The translations under genes and the position numbers were made by a program. Below, piece by piece: positions 42,195 through 56,100 of a DNA stretch of 64,000 bases (position 1 is its first letter; each line of letters begins with the position of its first letter). A model generated the notes under the pieces. That model did not search any database. It saw nothing but the letters and a program-made list of their open reading frames with translations, and was not told the origin of the DNA. The DNA comes from Eledone cirrhosa (taxonomy: Eukaryota), in the NCBI GenBank assembly GCA_964016885.1, contig OZ024741.1, positions 127,844,001 through 127,908,000 on the forward strand, written 5' to 3'.

Positions 42195-43155
42195 CTAGCA
42201 TTAAAGCCCGGCGTTGCTCGGGGTCAGTAAGTTACCAAAGTTAGGTTACACCACCCATTTTATGGCAGTATTTTTTTGTCTGCCAGGCACTGGGTGAATG
42301 AATTGCAGACCTGGACTGCCGAAGCAGCAGCTGCGCCAGCAGTGACAATTGTAGTTTCGCCTATGGATATTATCTTTGTGCAAAGAAGTGTTGAAATTTA
42401 TTGTTTCACAGTACTTGCACAACACGCGCGTAGACGATGCCAGCCGAACAACAGAGCTGCGATGGAGTTGTTCTGCATGGTTGTCTAATGTGTGTTTTCT
42501 AAATTAAGACAGTAGGGAGGGGTGTGATATGGGGGAGAGTTAGCTGCTGTTTCTAGCAGGTTTAGTGACCTCATAGAGGATATTATTGTGTATAGTAAAT
42601 AAACTGATACTTCTTTCTTTCACGTTCGTTGAGAGATTTAAAAAAAAAGATTTATCGCTATTTTTGTTGTTGTTGAATACATTTATCTGTTGCTTGTGAA
42701 TAATTGTTGTTTCGTATGAAATGTAATAAGTTATCTTTGTCATTGAAGTAAATAATTGTTTGACCGTTCCACACTAAAAAACAAACGTTCTCTCTCTCTC
42801 TCCTTCTCACTCTCTTCTCTCTCTCTTCGGCGTTCCTAAAGGAAGTTTGTAAGTTTAAGCGTATATAAGAGAAAGTTGCAGCATGTATGTAGTTTTATCG
42901 AATTTTAAGGGGAGTAGAGAGAGGAAATCAGATTGTATTAGAGGTGTATAGCGTCATGTATTTAGTTTTATCGATTATTTCCGTAATTGTGAGTGAGTTT
43001 GAATGAAATAAATAGTCGTTGAACTAAGTTAGACCCTTTACAACATTCCTACAGACTTTGAGTCGAATCGGTTTGAAATTGTGCAAATGTATATGGAACA
43101 TGCACACACACAACATGGAACATGCACACACACAACAACAATCTGCCTTTTATAT
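42195..43155 (-). mobile_element. Non-autonomous Helitron
   Basis: A|CTAG (42195-42198), hairpin cccggcgttgctcggg (42207-42222), other end ...ctgccttttatata. Confidence 0.75.
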
Positions 43156-43383
43156 ATATATATACACACATATTTTAACCTGTAATCCATGTTTTATTTC
43201 TGTTGCACCTCATTTCTCTCTCTCTCTCTCTCTCTGTCTCTCACCCCCCTCTCTATCTCCCACCCCCTCTCTCCTCTTTCTCTCTGTGATATTTGAATCT
43301 ACTATGATTTGGGCTTACTTTATTCATATATATATATGTTTTTGCATGTCAGATTCAAACTTACAATGATTGGCATTATATAT

Positions 43384-43638
<255 letters not shown>

Positions 43639-44154
43639 GTAGAATAATCGAGAATCGGAATATCAGCCCACGAAATCACGATAAACAATATCCGATATAT
43701 GTGGCAGAGGGCTCAATAATTTGGAAAAATCAGAGCTATAACTATCGTTAAAATACCAACACATAGAGTTCATGCCTAAAATCACCCATGCAGCCGAAAA
43801 AGAACGACCAGGAAGATTCGGGTCACTCAAATAAAATATCAATAATTTAATAAATTAAATGACTGTAAAAAACTCACCCGGACCCGCTAGAACGATGTTA
43901 AATCTAGCTTCTTGGGTTTCTGCAATTCCTTAATCCAATCACTATCAGCCCACATAAAAGATATATAAGACTTCTAGAGAAGAGATGAACGAGGAAAGGC
44001 TTCTTCAACGAGTATTTCGTTCCATAATACAGAGGGGACCCGAAGCCAAACAACGCACATGGTATTCAGCAAGAGAGGGAACCCTTATATTAGCGAAAAA
44101 ATTCTGTATATACTATAAAGTAAAGCATATATATATATATACTATAAAGTAAAG

Positions 44155-44211
<57 letters not shown>

Positions 44212-44547
44212 TACTATAAAGTAAAGCAAGTCCATAACATTATTTGATAATATATATACATCCTTTCAACTCCCAATTAGCATAATTAACTACGCAAAAA
44301 ATCAATTAGACCAGGCTATAAGATTAAAAGGCACTTATGAAGAAACAGTAAATAAATATACCATAGTAGCGTCTTCGCGGCCAGCCGCTATAAAATATCT
44401 ATCCAACATTTCAACAGCTAGTGGAAATTAATTAAATATACGGTCAACCATACACAATTAGGTATAACATTAAAGTTAGAAATGCTTATATACATACCAG
44501 GATTAAATCCCTAAATCCCTACCATGGTTTCGTTCGTATTTTGAGAT

Positions 44548-45078
44548 ATTGCTGTTCCACTCATATTTTCTATTAAATAGAAAATATGAGTGGAACAGTA
44601 ACATCACAACTTACAATTAAGGACAAAATGAAAACACACACACATAGAACAAACAACCAACCGGTAACATGTAAATAAACAAATAAATAAACAAATATAA
44701 ACACACACAGACACCCGGATGTGGCGCATGCGCAGACTGAGCACACAACACACACACAGAAACAAAATGGCGTAGGACAGAACAAAGGAGAGGCACAAAA
44801 ACAAAGAAAAGAATCCCCAGTCACTGAAGAGGTCACAGAATGTGTGACGAAAGAACTTTGACAATATATAAACAACTATCTGGTTGTGGAACCAACCAAC
44901 CAACCAGAAATTTATAAATTTATAAATTCCTAAATTTATAAATTTATTATAATAGATTGAAGTGAAAGCAACTGGTGCGTGTGTTTCTTATTGGCAACAT
45001 GACCCTCCCAAAGTATAACAATATCGGTTTCAACACACGATTTCAGATAAAGAATCTTGCTAAACAAATTCAGAAACG

Positions 45079-45080
<2 letters not shown>
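44548..45080 (+). mobile_element. Family A Penelope 3' end/pLTR with small 5' hairpin
   Basis: Matches 3765-4271; 44549-44601 forms a ~24-bp-arm hairpin at the truncation point. Confidence 0.85.
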
Positions 45081-45125
<45 letters not shown>

Positions 45126-45128
<3 letters not shown>

Positions 45129-46660
45129 CATTTCTGAAGATTCTTTATCTGAAAACGTGTGTTGAGACCGATATGTTATACTTTGGGAGGGTCGTGTTGC
45201 CAATAAGAAACACACGCACCAGTTGCTTTCACTCCAATTTATTATAAATTAAAAAATTAAAAAAATTTTTTTTTTTTTAAATTTATAAATTTCCGGTTGG
45301 TTGTTTGGTTCCACATATATTGTCAAAGTTCTTTCGTCACACATTCTGTGACATCTTCAGTGACTGGGCTGGGGATTCTTTTCTTTGTTTTGTGCCTCTC
45401 TTTTGTTCTGGCCTACGCCATCTTGTTTTTGTATGTGTTGTGATCTTAGTTTGCGCATGTGTTACATCCGGGTGTCTGTGTGTGTTTTTATTTGTTTATT
45501 TATTTGTTTATTTATATATTACTGGTTGGTTGTTTGTTCTATGTGCGTGTGTTTCCATTTTGTCCTTAATTGTAAGTTGTGATGTTGCTATTCCCTTCGT
45601 GTTTTCTATTTAATTTTGGTTGGAGTTCATTTATGTTTATTGCCTCTGTGATTTGACTAAACATTGCGTCTTTTCTGTGTGTAGATTTTATTTTTATTTC
45701 TATGTTCTCTAATTTGCCCTTATGTTCTATTTTAGCATGTTGGTGGAGTACTGATGATTCTTTTCTATCTTGAAGCTCTCGCCAGTGTTCATTAACCGTT
45801 CTCCTATACTACGAGCTGTCTCACCTATGTACACTATATTCTTATCTTTACATTGTCCTTCAGTACATCTTATGCTATATACTATATTTCTAGTTTTACA
45901 GTTAATATGGGGGCTTAGTTTACAGATTATGCATTTCTTATCTAAACAGGGAGGTCTTTGAAAAGGGTATGTATTGCTAATAAGTGTTTTTATGGAGGTA
46001 CCTGGTCTTTCTACTATCTTAATATTAAGTTTAAGTTTATCTAGGGCCCTTCTAAATTTGTAAGCTAATTCACCTCTAGGGGTTGTATTGATGAACATTA
46101 CACTCTGGTATTTATTGCTATCATACCATGAATTTATTCTATTAACCTTATTCCTAGTTCTTTCTATTCTATTCCAAAATTTGCTCCTATACAAGGGGCA
46201 GGTCCCATTTGTATCATTATTTACCATTTTTTCCATTTGGTTCTGGCTCCTCTATATACTCTGATTTTATCTCTCTGATTGTAACCGGAGAACTGCATAC
46301 GGTGGATGAAGAGTTGTATGTGTCTCTCTAGTTCTTTGGGGTTGCACATGCGGGACACGTTTCTCAACACCCGTACTAAATCCGCAATCGGTATGTTGAT
46401 TTTGGTGTGATCCGAAACAGCTGAGTTTCGGTAGATCAGATATTTGGAAGTCATGGGTTTGGCATAATGGGAATGAAGAATTTTTTTTTCTTATTAATAG
46501 TTTCTAACCAGAGCTCTGTGTCTAGTACAGGTAATCGATGGTTGGGGTGTTTTCTTGGGTAGTCTGTAGTAACTCTAGTACTCTGGTGGATGGAGTTAGC
46601 TATTTGCTGTATGCTTTCCATGGTGTTTTTCTATAATTCCTGACTGTTCTCTATTGGGGG
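45126..46660 (-). pseudogene. Family A Penelope-like element: RT thumb, Cys-rich linker, GIY-YIG, pLTR
   Basis: LPVLDTELW, HYAKPMTSK, PCLDKKCIIC..CKTRNIVYSIRC..C..VYIGETARSIGERL; frameshifted; tail-to-tail with the 44548-45080 copy across (TA)n. Confidence 0.88.
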
Positions 46661-46664
46661 AAAA

Positions 46665-47448
<784 letters not shown>

Positions 47449-47639
47449 CATACATACATACATACATACATACATACATACATACATACATACATAGTTT
47501 TACTTGTGATTTCTCATTACCTCTTCTCTAGCAGAGATATATTCGATAAGGCAGCCCCTATTTCTACGATGCCCTAGAGGCGAGTGGATTTAAGAAGTAA
47601 ATCATCTAGAAACCTAGCCTAAATCTGCCGAAGAAAAAT

Positions 47640-48360
47640 AGATGCCGTAAAGCAGTCTCGTTCACACCAGCTTTTTCATTGAACGTTAAAATCTGTACCC
47701 TCTCTCATTGAACGTTAAAATCTGTACCCTCTCTCATTGAACGTTAAAATCTGTATCAGTAAAACTTTCCTAACCTTAATTGACAAGTACTTCTCTACTC
47801 GTCATATATATAGAAACATAACTCTTAAAAGGCAAAGTCACAACTAAAGATCTACCATCTATCGTGGCCAATTTCTCATGTAGGAACAGGGCCACATGCC
47901 TGCTAGACGGGGCCTGTAAAACAAAGGCTATACATTATGAGGCAATAGTCAAGTCAATCTACCCCGACTGCACCCCCAACCTAAAGCGATATACCAGGCG
48001 TAGGGAACGGCAGTTCAGGGAGAGTTATAATGGTTTCTTATATAGGCACAAGGCCAGCAATTTGGTGGGGAGGGGAAAGTCGATTAAATCGACCCCAGTG
48101 CGTGACTATTTTATCGACCCGTAAGGATGAAAGGCAAAGTTAACCTCGGTAGGATTTGAACTCAGATCATAAAGGACCGTAACTCTATGTTGCAAAGCAT
48201 GGCGTCCGACCCTCTACCGATACTGCCAATCCATTGCCCTAGGGAGAGGTATAATAGCCACAGTTTCGTTTATGTCATCGGGGAGAAAGAAATTCCACAA
48301 AACTTTCCAGAAATGTCCGGAAATTGAAAAAAATGCTCCATAGTCTACAGCATCCATAAT
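47640..48360 (+). pseudogene. Old degenerate Penelope-like GIY-YIG region interrupted by a SINE
   Basis: FTPAFSLNVK, SCRNRATCLLDGAC..IHYEAIV..FRESYN; includes 3 copies of a 29-bp unit at 47676-47757. Confidence 0.65.
48032..48240 (-). mobile_element. Full-length tRNA-derived SINE with 15-bp TSD
   Basis: TSD agggagagttataat (48017-48031) / agggagaggtataat (48241-48255); head tggcagtatcggtagag, B box gagttcaaatcc. Confidence 0.9.
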
Positions 48361-48452
48361 ATATAAACATTTATATATTTTGACATACTCTTCACACTAA
48401 CAATCATACCACACCTATCAGCTAGGTCCAATTATGGTCACCTCTGTATAGT

Positions 48453-48808
48453 GGAGGTGGCTCTTCCAAATTGGCCCTTCTTCGAGCTCTCGGACAAAAA
48501 TACGAAATAGAAAACTCCTTTAACCAACGTTGAAGTAGTCTATATCGAATATGTCCATCATGTTGATATGTTGAAAATTATCCTTAAGTTTGTAGACTGC
48601 TCAGCTGTTGTGCCTACTATGCCAGTTTGTCGTACTGGTGTATGACCGACCTTGCCATAAAAATCCACGCTAGGATCAATATGTGTATGTAGGATATCCG
48701 TCGATAAAAGGAAAACAATGTTCAATGTATAGACGTCGGATAAAAGGGTTTCCTTTTTCGTATTTTTGTCCGAGAGCCTGATGAGTGGCCAGTTTGGAAA
48801 AACCTCCT
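48453..48808. repeat. Diverged inverted repeat (~80-90-bp arms)
   Basis: gctctcggacaaaaatacgaaa (48486) is a perfect reverse complement of sequence ending 48777; ttccaaattggcc/ggccagtttggaa extends it. Confidence 0.75.
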
Positions 48809-48936
48809 CGCTGATGATTAGTGTTTACAATTGCTACATACAAATTCTGATAACGGAGATTACGTACCTTTATCAACAAAGACTCTGAAATTACTATTTC
48901 CTTGAAAATCAAATTTATTCTCCCCTCGTCTCTTTG

Positions 48937-49041
<105 letters not shown>

Positions 49042-49053
49042 GACACACACTCA

Positions 49054-49108
<55 letters not shown>

Positions 49109-49116
49109 AAAAAATG

Positions 49117-49197
<81 letters not shown>

Positions 49198-49203
<6 letters not shown>

Positions 49204-49442
49204 ATACTTTGGGAGGGTCATGTTGCCAATAAGAAACACACGCACCAGTTGCTTTCACTTCAACCAACCAACCAACCAGAAATTTATAAATTTGTAAATT
49301 TATAAATATATATTAAATTAAATTGAAGTGAAAGCAACTGGTGCGTGTGTTTCTTATTGGCAACATGACCCTCCCAAAGTATAACAATATCGGTTTCAAC
49401 ACACGATTTCAGATAAAGAATCTTGCTAAACAAATTCAGAAA

Positions 49443-49444
<2 letters not shown>
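49198..49444 (+). mobile_element. Family A pLTR-only fold-back element
   Basis: 49198-49263 inverted to 49323-49389; same arm start and tail as 3354-4271. Confidence 0.85.
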
Positions 49445-49481
<37 letters not shown>

Positions 49482-49897
49482 TTAGAGTTATAAACTCAAA
49501 CAGTCCTTTAAGCATCATGAGTATGGGGTAGCTAGGAGCTGAAAACCATGTGCGTTATCACTTGGTAATCAGTCCGCCGAAGTATTTCGAGGTGAAACAT
49601 GCTAATTTTCTGGATACCTGCCGATGACCACAGAAATTGGAATCTTTCACTTTTTTAAATTATCGTTGCGAAACTTATTTGGGTTTTGAAATTCAAATTT
49701 GTCTGCGGAACAGGTTTGGATTTTGAAATTTAAATGTGTCCGGGTATCACGGTTATTGCCAATATGGGTTTGTTTTTATTGATTTATTATTTTAAATCGA
49801 GACAGGCAAACTGTATTAATTTAATTAGTATTTTTCAATCTAGCTAACTTGGTCATTTACAATACAAACACTAATATGTCTATATTAGTGTTTATCA

Positions 49898-50045
49898 TTT
49901 CCAGCATAGTTACGTCCCTTTACGATCTGAGTTCAAATCCCGTCGAGGTTGACTTTGCCTTTCATCCTTACGGGGTCGATAAAATAAAGTACCAGTAATG
50001 TACTGGGTAATTGCTGGCCTTGTGCCTAAAAGTAGAAACAATTAA
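49898..50045 (+). mobile_element. 5'-truncated tRNA-derived SINE
   Basis: gagttcaaatccc B box; gcctttcatccttacggggtcgataaaataaagtacc central domain. Confidence 0.88.
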
Positions 50046-50212
50046 TTTATATTAACTTGTATATATATATATATATATATATATTCTGATGAAATATTAG
50101 TGTCCGAAAAGTTAAGGCTCTCTTCCTGCTATTTTAAGCGTTAAACTAGTAATATATCTTCCATGTTTTGTTATTTTGGTTATTTCTATTTACTTTTTAC
50201 ATACATACACAC

Positions 50213-50431
50213 ATGGTGGCTGCCAACTCGTTTTCGAGTAAGGCCACTACTTTATATCCATGTAGGAGAACCCCTACTGATACGCTGAACGAGTGTGACT
50301 TTTGAGTCCAGCCAGCGACTTGAAAACTCTGGTACAAACACTACACTTGTGACAATTACTGACACATAGTGCTGGGCCCATGGTACCATGTGACGACAAG
50401 TGCAGAGAGATCTCCAGATATAAAGCAATAC
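50213..50431 (-). mobile_element. RTE-like LINE 3' end with C2H2 finger
   Basis: HKCSVCTRVFKSLAGLKSHTRSA; short 3' UTR; inverted near-copy at 51656-51872. Confidence 0.7.
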
Positions 50432-50500
50432 CATACACACATACATACACACATACACACATAAATACATACATACATGCATACATACATTCATATATAT

Positions 50501-50575
<75 letters not shown>

Positions 50576-50615
50576 CATACATATATATATATATACATAT
50601 GTGTGTGTGCGTGTG

Positions 50616-50646
<31 letters not shown>

Positions 50647-50992
50647 ATATATAGATTTCAGTTGTTATATTAAATACACATACACTCATACATCTATACA
50701 GAGATAAATCAACACAGGTATGGATATGTATATAGAGATAACGCTTAACATTAATGTACACAAAAACATGTAAGTATGTAGCGTTGTTTATATATATGAC
50801 CGGGTTAGTTTATACAGTTTTAGTCCAGACAAATACAAGAATAATTCTAGACAAATAGATATGTTGATAGTAGTTTGGCTGAAGCTGACTTTATGTAAGT
50901 CTCTGATGATAGCAGTGATTTTTTAAAAAGATAACATACGCAAATTCTACATATATACGTGCATGTACTCGTATATACATATATATATATAC

Positions 50993-51391
<399 letters not shown>

Positions 51392-51655
51392 TTAGAAAGT
51401 GAGGTTTTTTTTACAAAATGAAAAATAACCGAGGTGTCCTACACGCGTGAAAGTATAAAGAAAAAAAGATGAAATCGAAAATGCAACTGGAGTCTTATTT
51501 TAAAAAATATATATATATTTATTTGGTTCCTTTACCGGTTTCGCTGTTCTTCTGCTTTTCAAAAGTAGAGTTGAGATGGAGGGTCTGTGGTTTTTCTCAC
51601 ATCTGATGTGAGAAAAGCCCACAGACCCTCCATCACATAAAAGCTTCACGGCACA

Positions 51656-51872
51656 GGCATTGCTTTATATCTGGAGATCTCTCTGCACTTGTCGTCACAT
51701 GGTACCATGGGCCCAGCACTGTGTCAATAATTGTCACAAATGTAGTGTTTGTACCAGAGTTTTCAAATCGCTGGCTGGACTAAAAAGTCACACTCGTTCA
51801 GCGCATCGGTAGGGGTTCTCCTACATGGATATAAAGTAGTGGCCGTACTCGAAAACGAGTTGGCAGCCACCA
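51656..51872 (+). mobile_element. RTE-like LINE 3' end with C2H2 finger
   Basis: HKCSVCTRVFKSLAGLKSHTRSAHR*; matches 50213-50431. Confidence 0.7.
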
Positions 51873-51947
<75 letters not shown>

Positions 51948-53077
51948 ATGTATATATGTATATATAAATGTACTGGGCTAACTATAATCAGATGCAACAT
52001 CTATATATATTCATTTACATGAAAACACACATAGGTATGCATCTGTTTAGTTGATGATTGACCCTAGTAAGAACTGTGAAATGTTATCCATTGTTTCATT
52101 CCCCACCCCACTTAACATATCAAGCGACAGAGGCAAATATGTTAATGTTTATGTCTACCAGCATACTTTATATTCATAGTAATATACAATGTATAAAGCG
52201 TAGCGTGTTTATAAATTATACATGGCGTGTTTATAAATTATACACATGAGATTGGAAACAGATCTGTATTTGTTTTTCAACTCTTTTTAAACAAAATACT
52301 TGTCAAAATATGTTCGTGTTCGGTTTTGTTATCTTCTGTATTTATTTGTAAATTTATCTCGGGAGGAGACGCTAGTGACTTATCATATTAACGTTGTAGA
52401 CCACACTCATAGGCACGAGAGGGATGCGACGAATGTCAGGTTCATCAACAGCAGGTCTAGCCTCTGTAGCAAAAGAAACGGCTGTTAAGTTATGAGGCCC
52501 CTTACTTCGGCTCTGAAGGAGGTAAACAAATTATTTTTGGCAGGGAGATAGGCACTCCTGGCCAACGGAGCCCTGTGCTTAAGTACACCTAAGCACAATG
52601 GTGAGCCCGGTACTGGTTTTGTAGGAATGCTTGCAACAGCCTGGATTGTTTTAAAGTCTCTTAAGGAACAAGCGTTACTGTTGTTATAGTTTTAGACCAC
52701 ACTCATATGGACAAACGAGATTGATGGGACAAATGTTCACGTAGTTTAAATGCAGGTTTAGCTCTGTAGGAAAAGCATGGGAAGGGTTTTGCACGAATGC
52801 AGGGAACAGCATGGATTATTTTAAAGTGCTCCAAGGAGCAGTCGTTACTGATGTTATTGTTGTTTAGCTCCATATGAATTTTTCATTGAGCTGACCAACG
52901 ATCATCAATAGAATTCGATTCATGATCCCCTCCCCCTATTACAGACATTATGTATATAATACTAGATACTATCTATTTTAACCCGTGTGAAACAAACCAA
53001 CCCAATACCGTATTTGGTTCTATGAAACAAAGCCACCCATTTAAATGGTTCCTGTATAAATTAAAATGTACTTTTTT

Positions 53078-53133
53078 TTCTTCTTCTTCTTCTTCTTCTT
53101 CTTCTTCTTCTTCTTCTTCTTCTTCTTCTTCTT
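53078..53133. repeat. (TTC)n microsatellite
   Basis: Directly visible. Confidence 0.95.
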
Positions 53134-53198
53134 GGAACTCATGGATGTTACGAAACCATCTTACTCGGCCTTTACCCCTTTATCTCCCGCCGCTCGAC

Positions 53199-56100
53199 AT
53201 AACCCTAACCATAACCCCAACCGTAACTAACCCTAACCTTAACCCTAAACCTAACTAACACTTAGCCTAACCCTAATCCTAGCCCTAACACTAACTAACA
53301 CTAACCCTTAACCTAACACTAACTAACCAAAACACTAACCCTAAACGTAACTCTAACTAAACCTAACCCTAAAACTAACTAACCCTAACCTGAACTCTAA
53401 CCCTAACTAACCCTAACATTAATCCTAACCCTAAACGTAACCCAGACCCTAACTCTAACTAACCCTAACCCTAAAACTAACCCTAACACTAACCCTAACC
53501 CTAACACTAAACCTAAAGCTAACTAACATTAACCCTAACCATAACCATAACTAACCCTAACCCTAACACTAACTCTAACCCTAAACCTAACTAACCCAAA
53601 GCCTAAACTCTGAATAACACTAACCCTAACGCTAACCCTAACCCTAACTAACCCTAAACCTAACCCTACCCTAATTAACCCTTACCGTAACTAACACTAA
53701 CCCTAACCCTAACCCTAACCATGACCCTAATTAAACCTAACCCTAACTCTAACACTAACCCTAATCCTAACTAACACTAACCCTAACCCTATCCCTAACC
53801 CTAACTAATCCTAACCTTAACCCGAACGCTAACCCTAAACCTAACCCTAACTAACATTAACCCTAACCCTAACCCTAATCCTAACCCTAACTCTAACCCT
53901 ATACTTAAACCTAACTAACCGTAACCCTAAACCAAAACCCAACCCCAAACCCAACCCAACCCTAACCCTAACCCTAACCCTAACTAACACTAACCCTAAA
54001 CCTAACACTAAAGCTAACCCTAACTAACCCTAACCCTAACCCTAACTAACCCTACTCCTAACCCTAACTAGCAGTAACTTTAACCCTAACCCTAACTCAC
54101 CGTAACCCTAACCGTAAACCTAACCCTAACCCTAACCCTACCTAACACTAACCCTAACGCTAACCCTAACCCTAACCCTAACTAACACTAAACATAACCC
54201 TAACCCTAACCCTAACTAAACTTAACCCTAACTAACACTATCCCTAACCCTAACCCTAAAAAACACTAACCCTAACCCTAATCCTAACACTAAACCTAAC
54301 GCTAACCCTACCCTAACTAACCCTAACATTGCACCCTAACCCTAACCCAACTAACACTGACCCTAACCCTAACCCTAACCCTAAGTAACCTTAGCCATAA
54401 TCCTAACCCTAAGTAATCCTAACCCTAGACCTAACCCTAAACCTTACCCTAACGGAACCCCTAACCCTAACTAACACTAACCCTAACCCTAACCCTAAAT
54501 AATAATAACCCTAACCGAAACCCTAAACCTAACCCTAACCCTAACCCTAACTAACCCTAACACTAACCCTTAACCTAACTAACCTTAACCATAACCGTAA
54601 CTAACTCTAAACCTAACCCTGACTAACACTAAACCTAACCCTAACCCTAACTAACACTAACCCTAACCATAACCCTAACCCTAACCCTAATCCTTAACCT
54701 AACCCTAACTAACACTATCCGTAACCCTAACCCTAACCCTAACCCTAACCCTAACTAAACCTAACCGTAAATCTAACCCTAACCCTAACCCTAACCCTAA
54801 CTAAAACAAACCCTAACCCTAACCCTAAACCTAACTAACACTAACCCTAACCCTATACCTAACCCTAACCCCAAATAATAATAACCCTAACCGAAACCCT
54901 AACCCTAACCCTAACCCTAACCCTAACTAACCCTAACACTAACCCTAACCCTAACCCTAACCCTACCCTAACCCTACCCGTAACTAAACCTAACCCTGAC
55001 CCAAACCCAAACTAGACCTAACCCTAACACTAACCCTTAACCTAAACCTAACTAACACTAACCCTAACCATAACCATAACTAACCCTAAGTCTAACCCTA
55101 ACCCTAAACCTAACCCAAACCCTAACCCTAACTAACCCTAACCCTAAAACTAACCCTAACCCTAACTAACCCTAACCCTAACACTAACCCTAACCCTAAC
55201 CCTAACTAACTCAAACCCTAAGACTAACCATAACTCTAACTAACCCTAAACCTAACCCTAACCTTAACCATAACCCTAATCCTAACCCTAACCCCAACAC
55301 TAAACCTAAACCTGACTAATATTAACCCTAACCATAACCATAACTAACCCTAACCCTAACCCTAACCCTAAGCCTAAACCTAACTAACCCTAAGCCTAAA
55401 CTCTGACTAACACTAACCCTAACGCTAACCCTAACCCTAACTAAGCCTAAACCTAACCCTACCCTAACTAACACTAACCCTAACCCTAACCCGAACCCTA
55501 ACCCTAACCCTAACCCTAAACCTAACCCTAACTAACACTAACACTAACCCTAACCCTAACCGTAACCCTAACCCTAACCCTAACCCTACCTAACACTAAC
55601 CCTAACGCTAACCCTGACCCTAACCCTAACTAACAGTAAACTTAACCCTAACCCTAAACCTAACTAACACTAACCCTAACCCTAACCCTAAAAAACACTA
55701 ACCCTAACCCTAACCCAAACACTAAACCTAAAGCTAACCCTAACCTAACTAACCCTAACCGTGCACCCTAATCCTAACCCTAAGTAATCCTAACCCTAGA
55801 CCTAACCCTAAACCTTACCCTAACCCTACCCCTAATCCTAACTAACACTAACCCTAACCCTAAACCTAAATAATAATAACCCTAACCGAAACCCTAACCC
55901 TAACCCTAACCCTAACCCTAATAACCCTAACATTAACCCTAACCCTAACTAACCTTAACCATAACCGTAACTAACTCTAACCCTAACCCTGACTAACACA
56001 AACCCTAACCCTAAAACTAACCCTAACCCTAACCCTAACCCTACCCCTAAACCTAGACCTAACCCTAAACCTTACCCTAACCCTACCCCTAACCCTAACT

